In this document: positions 27,101 through 42,264 of the stretch, piece after piece
Layout of the letters: each line of letters opens with the position of its first letter
How positions within the stretch are numbered: the first letter of the stretch is position 1
Source: Rotaria socialis
Lineage: Eukaryota
Assembly: GCA_905331295.1 (NCBI GenBank)
Contig: CAJNYD010000062.1
Span: 1 to 64,000 of the forward strand
Reading direction: 5' to 3'
DNA length: 64,000 bases
Translations under genes and position numbers: made by a program
Notes under the pieces: generated by a model
The model's input: only the letters and a program-made list of their open reading frames with translations
What the model was told of the DNA's origin: nothing
Database searches by the model: none

Positions 27101-30100
27101 ATAAAGAAATGAATTCTAATATAAAATTCGATACAAAATCCACACGTGCAAATAGTGGTACCAATGATGAACAACAAATGTTATTAAATGATGACAATCC
27201 ATTTAGTATTTATTCAATAAAAATGTGTTGTGATGGAAAATATTTAATTGTTGCTGCACGTGGTGGTCATGTGACTTTATTTAAATTTATGGGATCAGAA
27301 TTAGATAAAGCTGACGAAGGTTTAGGAGATTTATCATGCTTAGAAATACCAATATATCATAGAAATTTAACAAATGATCATGACGATTTAAATAAAAGTG
27401 CAACTAATTCTATGATAAATGATTTACAATCAGTATCGATTAAACAAAATATAGATAAAAAAGTAAACTTTCTAATTGATAATATACAAGCATCTAGAAA
27501 ACATGTTGATCTGTTTTGTTCAGTTACTTCTATAAGAAGTTTCGATGGAAAAATAAATAAAATTCAATCGTTTTTTCGAACTAGTCCTTTAAGAGTTATC
27601 AATTGATTATGTAGGGGTGCTAAATTTATTTCAAAAATAACTAATGAAGTAGCAAATATTTCTCCATAGAATACTACGTGTATTAATAATTAAATGAATC
27701 TTTCTGACATGACTGTTTTAATGAGAAATAATTTGTTGGTTTTCTAGATTTTTCTATAGAAAATTGCTTGACGCAATGAGATTCACTATTTCAAGGTGAT
27801 TATTTAGAAAATTTTGATTTTTACATTATTTTATGAGAAAAAAAAACATCTCGTTTTCAAGTCTATGCTAAAACGTTCATAATAAAGCACATGTAGTAAC
27901 AAAAAATGCTGCTGCAAAAGAAAACGACAATTTCCTGTGTTTAAATTTAATTTCCGTCCCTCTAAAAAATAATTTTTTAAGTCCTAAGGGAAAATTTGCA
28001 TTAAATTTTTGAACCTATATTCAAAACAAAATACAGAATTGAGATTTCAGATTAATTTTGTACTCAAAGATGAATCTTTTTTTCTAATTAACTACTTCTT
28101 GATCATACATTGTTATACAAAAACAGTATGTTAATAAAATGTTTTTTTTATAGGACTTTAGAAGTTTACTTCGAGCTAAAATGGGTTATCGTCGAATGGC
28201 TGGTTATCAACCTGAAGTTGTTTGTTTATTATCATGGTTACCAAACGATAAAGTACCAATTCTCACTGATATTGCAATCAATTCAAAATATGGACTGTAT
28301 GAATTATTTTTTCGTTACGAAGAAATCATCAACTCTAAATTTACTCTTTTTTTTTATTTCCTTTGAACTTTAGATTAATATTCGGATTAGAAAATGGTCT
28401 TGTAGTTGTTGATTATTTAAGTAAATTTATTCTAATGAATATGGTAACCAGTGATTTATATGGTACAATGGATCCATTTCAACGAGCAACATCATCACCG
28501 AAACGTCGTGTTGGGACTGCAAATGATCCAAATAATGAGGATTCAAATATCTTTTCATATGACTATCCGGTACGTAAAATTTTTCCATCGAATTTTATTA
28601 TGTTTTTGTTTTTAATACATTTTCCTTCACCGCAAAATAAAATAAGGAAAAGATAAAATTATATTCTATCTAGCATCAATCGTTAACACCCACTTCAAAA
28701 GCATTCTCAAATATATTTTCTTTTAATAATATCGAAGAAACTTTTTCAAAAAATCAATTACAACCATTTGATCCCTATACACAAATGTATCATACACAAA
28801 CAAGTGAATCAATGTCAACAATAGTTCCGACATTATTCAGAGATTATAACGACGAGAAAAGTCCAACATCACATAATCCGACATTAGCTAAAACATTTCG
28901 TACAATACGTAAACATTTATTACGTACACCAAATAATAAAAATGATAATCAAATTATGTTTGATCAAAATGATATGAGTAATTTAGATGAAGAATTTAAT
29001 TCAAATTTTTCTAAGCCAACAATAACAACTCTAAATATGAGACATGTATTGCCACATAATAGTTCAATGACATCATTTGATAATCAATTTAAAATGTTTT
29101 CATCAAATATTCAATCACAGGATCCATACGGATTTGAATCTACGAAAGATAAATCACCCAAACAAAAATTATATCAAAACGATGATATTTATCATCAATC
29201 GATGGCAAGTAGACAAGCCATATCAACAACGTATACAACATATCATACTCGTACTGTTACAGTGCACAGTAGTAACTCGGGTGCGCTTACGTTTATTCGC
29301 TTAATCGAATTTAATCAAATACTATTATGAACGAGCATGTTATCTGCATCGTTTGAATTACTTTTTCTTTTTATTCTTGTTGCACGCAATTCTATAATCA
29401 GTCGTTAGTTGAATAAGAATGATGTTGATTTAGAAGATGAGCTTTTTTATTTTCCTTGATCAATTTGGATTTTCCAAATGATTTTGTTCACTCTATTATT
29501 CTAGCAGTCCTCACCTCCTTGTAATACTACAGTTCTAAATGAAAAGCGATCGCAGGTGCCACCAACTGATATCAATTCGGCACTTTGTAAGTTTTTTGTC
29601 GACAGTAAATAAAATAAAAATGCGGCTTCTATGTCTATGATATCATTCAATGTGAGACTCATTATAAGCTTCGCTTTTCTATGTTGCATGTCTATGTATT
29701 GTCTAAATATTATCCCATAGAGCTTAATTATAATATCCGTTTTAACCTTAATCTTTCTTTTTTCACGTAGACAAACCATTGGCTATCGATCTTCCACGTT
29801 CATCAAGTACATCTAGTTTGGATAATATAGTTACAAATGAAAGTATATGTACAATACAATTTTCTGAATCATTTACATACAAGAATGGTTTGTATTTTCA
29901 AAAACAAAAAAGAGCAAAAAGAATCCAAATTACATGTTTGATCGTATTTTTTTTATTCAGATTTTACTATTTCACCAAGTGTTTGGCTTGGTACAAGTGC
30001 TGGCTCGGTTATTGTTGTTAATTTAAATATTAATTATGAGCCAAGAAATATCAGTGGTATGATTTATTTATAGGAAAAATTTTAAAGGAAAAATTAAAAA

Positions 30101-31510
30101 TTTTGTTTTTAGTTGTACCCAGTGGAAGTGTATTTCGATTAAGTGGTCGATTATTACATATATCTTTTCTTGATCAGAAAGGAGCAATTATACAAGCACC
30201 AAGTGAAAAGTGGGATACAAAAAGTTAGTAAAACGATTTAAAAAAAAATTATTACACCGATATATATATATTATAGAAACCAAAGGAAATCGATCAACAG
30301 ATGGTACACAAGATATGAATACATCATCAGTATTACCAAGTAGTGGCTTATCGTCTTCCCCAGTGACTAGTACTCCATCAAATGGTGTACAATTTGCGGT
30401 ATATTGTTCATCAAAAGAAGCTCGAGTAAATTTAAATGCAAAATATAAAAATCTAACTGATTTATACATAAAAATAGGTATTTTCATTACCATCTCAAAT
30501 GTCTATATCAAAACAAAAAATTTTCGATTCACTTGGTGCATCAGCATCAAATATAATGCGTGCATCGGTTGTTAAAATAGCAGGTAAGATGAAACAAAAA
30601 GAACAATGGATAACAAGAAAAAAAATTCATTTCGCGATTTTTGTTTCTGCCTGAATAGGTTCTGCTTGTTTAACATGTTATTTAGCAGCTGGCCGTATAC
30701 ATGTATATAGTTTACCTAGTCTACGTGAACTATTTAATACAAATCTTGATCCAGCCATGGATTCATTTAGATCAATGATAGGTTTAACATTTACATTTAC
30801 AAATCGTGGTCACGGACTTTATATGTGTTCACCAACAGAAATTCAAAAAATTACACTTTCTGCTGATGTTAAGTATGTATCAAGAGGAGAATTTCTCTAT
30901 TCTACCATGCTTGCATAGATAATAAAAGAAAATTCTATAAAATAGTTTATTATCACGATGTTGATTTTCTTTTGATTTATTTAGGGAACAAATTAATGAA
31001 ATGCTTTGTGAATTATATAGTCCATCAATATCGATGCCTGAAGCACCGAAACAAAACTTTTTTGCTAAAATATTTGCTTCAAATGCAATGGTTGATGCAG
31101 ATCAATTATGTAAATTCTTTTTTTTGAAAATAAGAAAAGACCTTAACGTTGTGTTTTATTTTCATTTATAGTTGGTGAAACGGCTGGAAAAGCTCCAGCT
31201 GGTGTAATTAAAAGAGAAGATGTTAATGTTAATATGAATCAATTACGTGGGACAGCTGAATCAACAAATAGTGCTATACATGATACACGAATGGTAAGAA
31301 TCGTATAGATTTTGGCTTTGTTTTGATTATTAAAATTGAATTTTATTTAATTAGAAATTAATCGAACGTGGTCAAAGATTAAATGAAGTAGAAATTGCGT
31401 CAAAACAAATGGCTGATCGTGCTGAAGAATTCTCTAGTCTAACACATAAAGTTATGTTAAAACAAAAAGAAAAAGCTGAATGGTCATGGCCATTTACATC
31501 AAAAAAATAG
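24178..31510 (+). CDS. STXBP5: Tomosyn / syntaxin-binding protein 5 (Lgl-family WD40 + C-terminal R-SNARE), multi-exon
   Basis: YGFPYRPTTVTYDSVQKILAIGTKHG, ITGHADGSIKFWDASG, GYQPEVVCL, SPSVWLGTSAGSV, LYMCSPTEIQKIT. C-terminal coil LIERGQRLNEVEIASKQMADRAEEFS. Stop at 31508-31510. Confidence 0.9.
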
Positions 31511-32474
31511 TGATTACTTTTTATTTCTCTAAAGAACAATTTGAAATATTCTATACTTTTTAATCGTTTTTTTTCTTTCCTACCTTATACATGAGTGCAA
31601 TATATCCTTCAGTTTCCCATTTTAGTCGCACTGATGTTGTTTATTATTGTTGTTTTTGTTGTTGTTCTTGTGTATGTGGATTTTTTTCTATTTTTTTCGC
31701 GATCGACACATGCAATAATTCTTCACAGACTACATACCTACATACATGCAGCCAATTCATATGTTTATTTTGTATTTATATTTATGACAAGCAGTGACTT
31801 AATTCTTAATGAAATATGTATGTGTGGAAACAAGAGAAAATGATCTTTGATAATAGCAACGTTTCTCTTTTTTTAGTCATAAAACAGTCATCTCCGTTTT
31901 TTTTACCCCTGAGTGTTTATCTTTTTCTTCCTAATGATGCTCTCATATATGAAACCTTTCTTTTTGTCGCTCTCACTTCTCATTTGTAAGCCCTCTTATA
32001 TTTTTGTTGATGTTTAAATGCAAAAAAAGAATCCTCTTTTTACTCGTGCGAATATTTAATAAAATGGCATCGTCTATTGGAAAACAAAGAACAAGACATT
32101 TTTGTTTTACAAGAATTCAAAATTGATTCATAATAAAGAATAACAAAAAATCAAAAAAAAGGGAATACATTCAGGTACATAGCTAGAAAATAATCAATTG
32201 TTCGATTCTATTGAATTTTTACTGAAACTTATAACGCTTTTCTATTAATGCTTCATCTAATGAAAAAAATCTTTCAACTGGTTAATTACTTTTCAGTCAT
32301 TAACTCACTCATCTTGTTATATCTGATGAGTTATGAATATCCTCAAAAGAGTTGGAGCTTTCTCTTTTTTTATCATCGTCGAATTATTATATTTTTTTAT
32401 GTTAAATATGGTAATTCTATTTTGATAATAATGAGACAATTCATAATTCAATTTCGACTCGACACGGTACATAG

Positions 32475-33967
32475 CAGAGATGTCCACAGGACAGGGTTAC
32501 CCTGCCCTGCGCCCTGAGCAGGAACAGGGGGAAAAAAATAAAATTTGCCCTGCCCTAAACAGAAACAGGGTAGGCCAGGGAAATTGTAGGGCAGGACAGG
32601 GTGAGACCTTATATCCTGCAAGTGAAAACCCAGTTGTTTGGATTTCCGTGCTGAAGAATTTTTTCCTTTAGTTCGCAAGACTCATAAATAAGAAAATAGA
32701 CTCCAGAGAACGACACAAACTGATAGTCAGAAATTTCTCTATCTGATCTGGTCCATATAAGCCACGACGCGTTTCCACTGAAGCTGTTCAATCAATAGTC
32801 GCCGGTTGACTTGTTTTTTACGCTCGATGGAGACAAGTGTTTCATGAGTTTCCACTTCCACGCAAGCCATTTCAAAATATATTGTTCTATTCTCGAGATA
32901 ATAAAATTTTTCTAAGAGCATCCTCATCAAAAATTAACAGATTCGTGATTTTTTTCTGAGACTTTTACCTCTTCAAGAAAATGTTCATTTTGCTTGAAAT
33001 TTCCAATATAGATCTATCGTTAGTTGAGATATTTTCTCTGAAAATATGAGCTCAAACTGATCGATTATTGATACGTTGACCTCGAGCACCGGTAACATTG
33101 AAAAAATTCTGTTTTTTTTGTATTTTGTGGGTGTACATTTTCATTTAGTAGATAACACGGTCGAGCTAAAATTTTAACCACAGAGTTCTCCTTGACTAAG
33201 TCTGATAAAAGATTTAGCTCTCCTGTTAGTCCTCATCGATCGGAAGCCGTTGTAAAAATGCGATTTTCATCAAAATCATGGTGATCGAGAATCACATTTT
33301 TCATGAGGATTCCATACAAAAATGGAGCTGGCTGGAGAACTAAATTTTTTACCAGACCTAGTCAACGAGATCTCTGTGGTTAAAATTTTAGTTCGCCAGT
33401 ATTATCCACTAAGTGAAAATGTACACCCACGAAATACAAAAAAAACAGAATTTTTTCAATGTTACCGGTACTCGAGGTCAATTCATCAATAAGCGATCAG
33501 TTTGAGCTCATATTTTCAGGGAAAATACCTCAACTAAAGATAGATCTACATTGAAAATTTCAAGCAAAATGAATATTTTCTTTAAGAAGTATAAGTCTCA
33601 GAAAAATCGAATGTCTCAAGAATGGAACAAGATTTTTGAAACAGTTTTCGCATGAATTCATCAAACACTTGCATCTATCATCATAAAAGTACCGATTAAA
33701 TCGACCACCGCTGATTAAGAAGGGCCCATCGTGGCTTGTCTGAGCTGACTCTAAAACAAAATATTGTTCTATAGTACAATGAGAAACATGTCTTTTTATT
33801 TTGAAATGTATCAAAAATTACAATACAGACACTATTTCAATTCAACAGGGTACCCTGCCCTGCCCACTCAAAACCGACAGGGCAGGGACAGGACGCATCT
33901 TAAATTTTTTCATTTTTTTTCAATAGGGCAGGGCAGGGTGCAAAAGGTTGCCATATGGACATCTCTG
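32475..33967. mobile_element. hAT-like MITE with ccctgccc arrays, carrying a nested fold-back element
   Basis: TIR cagagatgtcca / tggacatctctg. Subterminal cagggc/ccctgccc motifs. No clear TSD. Confidence 0.75.
32940..33612. repeat. Long imperfect palindrome (~290-bp arms), probable fold-back MITE
   Basis: ~32950-33230 is the reverse complement of ~33330-33605 (e.g. gagctcaaactgatcg / cgatcagtttgagctc; ccggtaacattgaaaaaattctg / cagaattttttcaatgttaccgg). Confidence 0.85.
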
Positions 33968-34323
33968 AATACACACATATGTCAAAAAAGACGAAAGTAT
34001 AAGGCTGCATGATCATGTGACAGCATGCGCCATCTATGAGTGAAGTGAAATAAATCATTTTTTCTGAAAAAATTTCATTCTGAGCAATTACTCATTATGG
34101 ATTTTATACTGTAAATTTAATTTTTTGAATTGATTTGATTATTGTTAATGACAGTCGTCAGGTAGAGTCTCTACTTTAACAACAGAATCAATTATGGTTT
34201 GTCATTTACATGTTGTGGTTGTTGAGGATAAAACGCATACTCATAAAATATCTGTTGTTCTGAACTCGTAGTTAATTACATTATTTGTTAACTCAAATCT
34301 AAATACAGAATCAGTCTTTTGAA

Positions 34324-36608
34324 ATGGCTGCAACACTTGTAAAACCACCTAATTCAACTTATACATTTTCCAGTCAACCTAAAGCAGTCCAGCAACAAGG
34401 ACAACGGCAAAAATTCCGACAACCTGTTACGAATCCACCGTAAGTTTATGATTATTTCAATTTTTGTTTTGTTTATAATGTAATGCATCTATGTTGATAA
34501 AGAGATGACAGTAATACGTTTGGAAATCTTATGTACGATCGACGTGTTATTCGTGGAAATACCTATGCACTGCACACACTTCCAGCGGTAACTTTTGATT
34601 TAGGTTAATGAAAATTTTTATTCGATTTAAATAGCATGCACAACCAGACCCAATCGAAGTTCAACGCCAACAAGAAGCTAAACGACGCGCTTTAGCGCGA
34701 CGAAAAGCACGCGAACAAATTCGAACAAGAACACCTGAACCTGTACATAATCGAAAGAATATCGATGTTCAAACAGAACTTTATCTTGAAGAACTCAGGT
34801 AAACATTGTTATTTTAAATTTCAGAAGAGAATATATTTCACGTTTAGTTGACAAATAATTATTCACCACATCTATATTTCATAGCGTGACTTGATATAAT
34901 ATCTTTTTATCTCACAAATAATATATTTTTCATGTGTCTATATATTTATATCATCAGTTTCATGTCACAAAATAGAGAGAGATTGCAGGAATAGATATAA
35001 CCAACAATTTCTTTTGTTTATCGTATAAATAACATGAAACATCAGTTAGAGAAGAATATTGTAATTGAAATGATTGGTATTATCGATCTTAAATAGAACA
35101 TCAGTAACGTTTTTCGCATACTACTGTGTATTCTATCTTGCAAGAAGGTCAAAAGAGTTTTTGATAACAAAATAAAATGATGAGCATGATCAATAACTGA
35201 CAAAATGACAACATGTATGTCAATAGTAATTGAGCCACTGGAAATTTTTCTTGATTTAAAATTAAGTAATTAATGATTAGTTTTAAAGCAAATCTTTAAA
35301 TTGAATATAGCAGAATATTTTCATGTATGAAAACTTGTAATATTAATAAATAAATAGATTTTTTAACTAGTCGAATTTCATAGAGACGGATGCTCTTTGT
35401 TTTAACCTTTTTCAATACAAATTAAAAGACTCAGGTTTTTATTTGTTAACCATTATTTAGTAGACAACAACTTAGACTAGCATTTGTCTTGTTGAAAATT
35501 TAGTGATCGTATTGAAGAAGCTGACGTTGACGTTCAAACAGATGCATTTCTTGATCGACCACCGTCACCATTATTCATTCCGCAATCAACTGGCAAAGAT
35601 ATATCTACACAAATCGAATCAGGCGATGTAAATTTAATATTCGTATTTTTTCTCGAAAGGTTTTTATAATAAATTTTAGTTATTTGATTTTGATCTTGAA
35701 GTAAAACCGATTGTTGAAACCTTAGTTGGTAAAACAGTAGAACAAGCATTAATTGAAGTTGCTGAAGAAGAAGAATTAGCTGAAATTCGTGAACAACAAC
35801 GCGACTATGAAGAAATACGTAATGCTGAATTAATCGAATTACAAAGATTAGAAGAACAAGAAAGACGCTTGAGAGCTGAAAAAGATCGTCGAATGAAACA
35901 AGCACAAGAAGCACTTCGATTAGAGCAGGATGTTGCACAAAAGATAGCAGCAAGAGCTTTTGCCAAAGCTTATCTACAAGATCTTGTTCCAAGTGTATTT
36001 AACAATCTAAGAGAAAATGGATACTTTTATGATCCTGTTGAACATGGTATTTATTTGATTGGAAACTAAAGCATATTTTTTTCCTCATTTGATTATTTCT
36101 TTTCGTAGAAATTGAAACATCATTTATGCCTTGGTTAATGGAGAAGACAATGACACAAGTTAATCAATTGGTACTTGGCCGAACTATACTTGATTCGATC
36201 ATTCGAGATGTTGTTAATCAACGTATTGATGATTATCAAAAATTAGAAGAAACACTTAGACAAGTAAAATTCTAGGCTTAATTTGTGTGAAAAAGTAAAG
36301 AATCTTTTTATTTTTTTTTAAGATGATTGAAGGTGGTATTGATATGGGTACATCAACAGGTGAGATTGGTCATGGTTTACAACAAGATATTGACCGACAA
36401 GGATCGGGCCTAGAAGAATCAACTTTAAGAACTGAAAATAATCCAAATGAAGGAGGTGAAACTACAGGAAGTGTCTTGCAGAATGGTAAATGGAGCTTTT
36501 AAATTCTCGAAATTTGAATTAATTTTCATCCTTGTTTTAGACGACGTTGGGGATGAGCATGAAGAAGAACAAGTAAATGCAGGTGAAGATAATGCTGACG
36601 AACAGTGA
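34324..36608 (+). CDS. RSPH3: Radial spoke head protein 3
   Basis: YTFSSQPKAV, FGNLMYDRRVIRGNTYA, RTPEPVHNRKNIDVQTELYLEEL, QTDAFLDRPPSPLFIP, LFDFDLEVKPIVETLVGKTVEQALIEV, GYFYDPVEHEIETSFMPWL. Confidence 0.93.
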
Positions 36609-39313
36609 TTTATGAAACAAAGAATTCTATTATTTCGAATTTAATTTCTACGGTTGTCTACGTCTTTATTTTATCATCAAAAAACAAAATAAACATTTAA
36701 TTTCTTTCTTCTTAATTTATATAGTTTATGTTCTACACAACGAATTTAACGCAAATTCATTTTGTTTTGTTTATATTTTATTGCGTTGCAATGTCTTAGA
36801 TTCAATGAGAACAAAAATGAACACTGTCATAATCACTTGCGTGTCTGTTTATGCTCGTTTGTCCTGTGTAGAACAGAATTTCATGTTTTTTGCCAATGCA
36901 TTAGCTCATTAAAATTAGAATTATATAATATTGTTCCACATTATCACATTTAATAATAACAATCAATCGGAATACTCATCGAAGGACATTTAAAACTATT
37001 CATGAATAATCTTTAGAAAAAGTACAGAAAATGAGTTAGTTAAAATCGTTCATTTTTACACAGAGGATCAGACAAATCTATTATGGAGATTATTGATAAT
37101 ATTGTATTTGCTGCTTTTATAAAAAAAATTTCCTCGGAATTTTGAAGTTGAATTAATTTCTAGAGTCATTTCGGAAAAAATCTAGTTACGACTTTGCAAG
37201 TATATCATGTAAAAATGAATGATCTCCATCTATTATACTAATACTAAAATTAGCACAGTAAACTATTAGGCATTTTAAAAAAATTGACAATCAGAATGGG
37301 CGACCCAGATCATCATTTTAACTTAAACGAAGATGGAGAGAGCCAACATAATGCGATTTTTATCTGAACGTCCTCTACAGATCAGCCTTGCCAATTATAA
37401 ACAGAATATAGAATTTTTTTTGTTCGCTGATTATTATCTGTTTTCGCATAAATAACGAATAATTCAATGACACTTCACCGTATATGAACTTATTGATTAA
37501 ACTAATTTATTGTGAAAATTTCAGTATTCTTTAAAAGTATTAAATATATATATATTAAGAAAATGGATGGCAAAATTCATAGAAACAACATCTTTAATTA
37601 ACTGAAAATCATAAATTTTCATGTAAGAAAAGTTATCTAATTCTTGTTCATTTTATTAAGTATTTGTCAATGTTCTATAGAGATTAATTGAAAATCAAAA
37701 AGGAAACCTTCACCATGAATAAAACACACAGAAAGCATAGAATATGTTTTATTCTAGTATTACTTAATTCTATGTCCCCCTATTTGAGAACGAACTAACA
37801 TATTCTTTATAATTTTAAGCTTTCACAAGTTCAAAATATATTTCTAATGAAAACGATCATATATAGAAATTAGCAGAATTGCTATTACTACCAAGTCATC
37901 ATGGAAAGATGCTATATCGACACTCGAACTTAATCTCATCATTTTTAGTTTTCGATCAGTTTCAAGCGAAAACATTTCTGGATTTAGATTTCTAATTTTA
38001 ACTGGCTTGTTGAAACTACAAATAGCATGAATTATGAGCAGATATTATCAGATTGATTTCCATTTGAAAAACTACCTTAAGATAATAATTTTAATTCTTG
38101 AATCGACTCTATGATTGTGATTGCATATCATGAACATGATATAGATTTCATATTGAAGTCCAATCAGTGAATATCTCTCAGCTATTAGATGGAAAAGGTA
38201 TTTGTCCGCTTAGTATTTATTTCTTTTTAGTCCTTAAAACGACTTGAGTAGAATTTTCAGTAAATGCTAAAGTCATTAAAAAAAAGTGTTGATATTTCTT
38301 TTAAAAGTTTGAACTCAACAAATTCTTTTATTTTGTCAAACAGGAAATTGAAATAGTTTCTAAAATAAAATAGATTTTAACTAACTTCATATGACAAATC
38401 TTGATCAAAGAATTCTGAAAATAAAACTTCGATCTCATCACAGAAGTTTCTCACATGATTAAATGATTCTTCAATTAAGACTGTATTGACCCTGCAGATT
38501 TGAAATAGACATAAATATATGAGGAAAATGTTCGACTCATAGTTCATTGAAGCAAAGATGCTGCAATTTTCAGATTACTTTGACTGCAAGCCGTAAGCAC
38601 GCCCATGAAGACGATTAAAATGTATCCATCGTATTTTAACTATGACATTTCTATTTTTGCAAAAACAAAATACTAATGATACGAGAATAACTATTTTATA
38701 ATAGCTTTAAACGTTTACCTTAATGCTGTCGTAAAATACAGCTATGAGGAAGTTTTATTATTTGCATAATCGTACCCACCAACACGTTTGATATTCTCTA
38801 TTTCGGATTAGGAGTTAATGAAAAGATTTGAAACATTCATGATAAACTATTTATCTCTGCGATATTTCTCATTGAAATTAAAAAATCGTGGTGTTTTCAT
38901 CTACAAACTAGAAATTCGAATAATTTTTCAAATAATAATAGTTCAGTAGCACCTAAAAGATGCAAATGTTTATCGTTTCAAAAGCAATTGATCACTAATA
39001 GACTTTTCTGATTAGCTTGAGCTGTTAAAATAGGTGGCTCGAATTCAATGAATAGACTCGACTACGCATAATACACCATATAACTTTGTATCCATTATAG
39101 TTGAACGATGTCAATGTTGTCATATGTAATTCACTTGTAACACAAAAAATATTATGCAAAAATTATACCATTTGATTGCGCCCTCTTAGTTCCTAAGCAA
39201 TAATTGGACAATTCTATATCATGGGACGTGACCATCTTATTGTGTGTTGTGCGATAAAAAGATCGAAAGATATACTGATAGATTGGATCGTCGATTGATA
39301 GTTTTTCAAAAGA

Positions 39314-40332
39314 ATGGCAAATAAAAATGAAATAGCTCCATCTGAAACTTCTGTACGTATATCCATACCGTATTTAGCAAATGTTATTGTTAGTTTACCT
39401 TTAATTGGTATGGTTGCAAGTTTTATAGCATCAGTGCTATTTACGAAAGAACAAATCTTTGAATCTGAATGTGGGGTAAGTTGAGAAACAAAGAAAAACA
39501 AAATATGCTTTTATTTAAAAAAACCTGTTTCATAGTCTCGAAATTTTATTCCATCATTCTCATCAGTTATCGGTGTATCGCCTGGAAAATATATATGGCG
39601 TATGGCAATTGCATTTCATTGCTTTCCTCGATTTTTAATTGCGTCCCTTTATCATAATCAATTCAAAACAAGTTTATCAAAAGTAAAATATGATTCTCGA
39701 TTAAAATATTTCATATTGAAACAATTAATAAGTTTAAATACATTTTTCGAATTATGTGAAGTATTTGGCCTTATATTATTATCCTATATATCGTCGAAAG
39801 AAAATTATAGTTTACATGAAAAAGCTTTCATTCTATTTATGTTATCATCAACATTTCGCATGATAACATGTTTAATCTTATTTCGACATTTATTATTCAA
39901 ATTATGGTTAAATAATGATGTTGATGACAAAAATAAAAAGTTTCGTCTTCAAACATCGTACCAATGGAAAATGCGTTTATTTTGTTCAGCATTTATTTTT
40001 TCTCTTTTGCTAATATTTGCATATGTAAGACATACAAGCAAGTGTTCCAATAATATTGGACAACCATCAACAGCTTGGAGTTATTTTTCTGCTTGTGAAT
40101 ATATTATTTGTTGTCTCATTATGGGTTATCATGCAACAGTAAGTTTGACCAATTATTCAAGTAGTATTAAAATTACATGTTATTTTTAATTTTCAAAACG
40201 AAGGTTTGTTGGGATTTTAATCATTTTGAATTAACGATTTACAATAAAACAACAGCAAAATTAAATTATTCATTCATGAAATCAGAAGGAGAGATTGAAA
40301 ATGAGCAAAAAGATATTCATTCATCTAGATGA
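39314..40332 (+). CDS. PGAP2: Post-GPI attachment to proteins factor 2 (Frag1/DRAM/Sfk1 family), 3 exons
   Basis: SLPLIG...SECGSRNFIPSFSSVIGVSPGKYIWRMAIAFHCFPRF...LLSYISSKENYSLHEKAFILF...RH...C...WSYFSACEY...YHATVCWDF. Confidence 0.85.
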
Positions 40333-42264
40333 AATCTAATATGAACAAAAAGAAACCAGATCTCTTCCACCATAAGATACACTATTAACGTTTTTGTATT
40401 TCTATGTAAAATCTATTCTCTTGGTGTGTATTAGTTTTATATGAATGCAGCTTTTGTATATGGCACCCATTCATGCAAACTCCTTTTTTTATTGATTCTG
40501 TTTGAATTTAGAAAAAGAATGGAGACAAGTTCAAAAATTTTATTGCAATCATTTTTCAAACAAACAAAATTTCGATTTAAGTAGAAGTCATTCTTATCGT
40601 TCCAGTTTTTCATACTGTTCATTTTCTTCCAAATGCAATCATAATTTTATTTTTCGTTTCTATTCGCTATTAATGATAAAAATATCAATTCGAATACACT
40701 GCTGGATTGTCTTATTAAAGAAAAAATCTAAAAAAAGAGACTTGTCCACAAATTAATGGAGGAAACTTTCACAGTTTATTTTCTCAGTACACAGCATATG
40801 TATATTTGTTAATTATTAATTCACTATATATATATGAGTTAAGAATTTTGTTCAACAGTAGCAAAAGAATAGAGATTTTTTCTCATACAAAATAAAATAT
40901 TTGATTAAACAGAGTATTGTAGTCGATTAAGTTTATTGTTATCCATGTAGAAAATGAATATTTCACGCTTCAAATATCTAGTTTTCTTGCGTGAACCAAT
41001 GGATTCAAGAAGCAATTGTATTTATGATAAATCTTGTTCTGTATGCAAAAAGCATAAATGTAACAAATGTTTTTTTCATCTACAGTTCTAATTTACATAA
41101 AATACATGACTTACGTCAATCTATGAAATTTTGTTTTCGAAAAGTCTCCATACTTAGTATCCTACATGGACTTTTACAATCTTAAATGAAAACAAAAAAA
41201 TTATCTGCTTTGTTAATTCAGTGTTAAGAACTTTGTCAATAGACTCTATGCAATTTCGCTATTAAAAAATGTTTTACTAACGAACTTTTGGAATTCTCAC
41301 TCCTTCAATACTCAATCATCATATTTGAACTAAACTGATAATATTAGAATCTTCTAGAAGTGTTTTTTTCTTTCATAGAAATAAATCTTTGCCCAATAAT
41401 AATAATACGTGAGGGTCAAAAAAACGTTTTCTTTTCAATTTTCATTCATGAGGTTGAATTTAAATAAAATTTGACTCTCTTCCTAAAAAAACGATTGAAT
41501 ATGATTGCTTTCATCAGTATAAATAAATTCACCTAAATATACAATCAATAACTTCTAGGTATTTCCCATGAATCTCATTACACATTTTATCTTCAAATAG
41601 AAGAAATATACATATCTGAAAATCAATATATTTGCTTGAATGTACGTAAAAGTTTGCGTATAAACAACTGACGATGAAGACCGATGTTCATAGAAAATAT
41701 CATCTGAATTTTTTCAATTTCTCTTTTTTATTTGATACATATTTTATTCTTTATGACTCGAAAAACACAAGAATAGTTTTATGTGCGAAATCCAAAATTT
41801 ATAATTTCGACGTTGATGAATGAATAAAAACTTTCAAATTTTCTTAATGTTTAGGGAAAAATTGATTTATTTCAATTCACCCTTAATAGCGATGCACATT
41901 GTTGTCTATTTTGATAAGTGACCGTTTGATTACTTCGTCGAAGTAAGGTTTTATTTTTCTTCGCATTACTACTACAGTATGATACTAAATCTTAAATTCA
42001 ATATTTTTATTTTACGAAAAGGAAGCTGGCGAATTACCCTTCATTCTTTATTTTTATGTTTTGTTTTTATAATATTGAATGAATGAGAAAGAAAAGGATA
42101 CATAGAACAACAATATGTACAACAAACAAAATAAGAAAAGCAAGAACAATGATGAGATAGAAATCACGGCGGTTCGCATTATTTTAAAATCGTTATGAGA
42201 GGAGAAAAACATAGATAATTTTTGTTCGTTGATAATGAGACTCGTTTCCTTGTTGCCTTTTCTT

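Noticed and set aside
35534..35992. 152-aa minus-strand hydrophobic ORF
   Set aside because: Antisense shadow of the RSPH3 coiled-coil exons.
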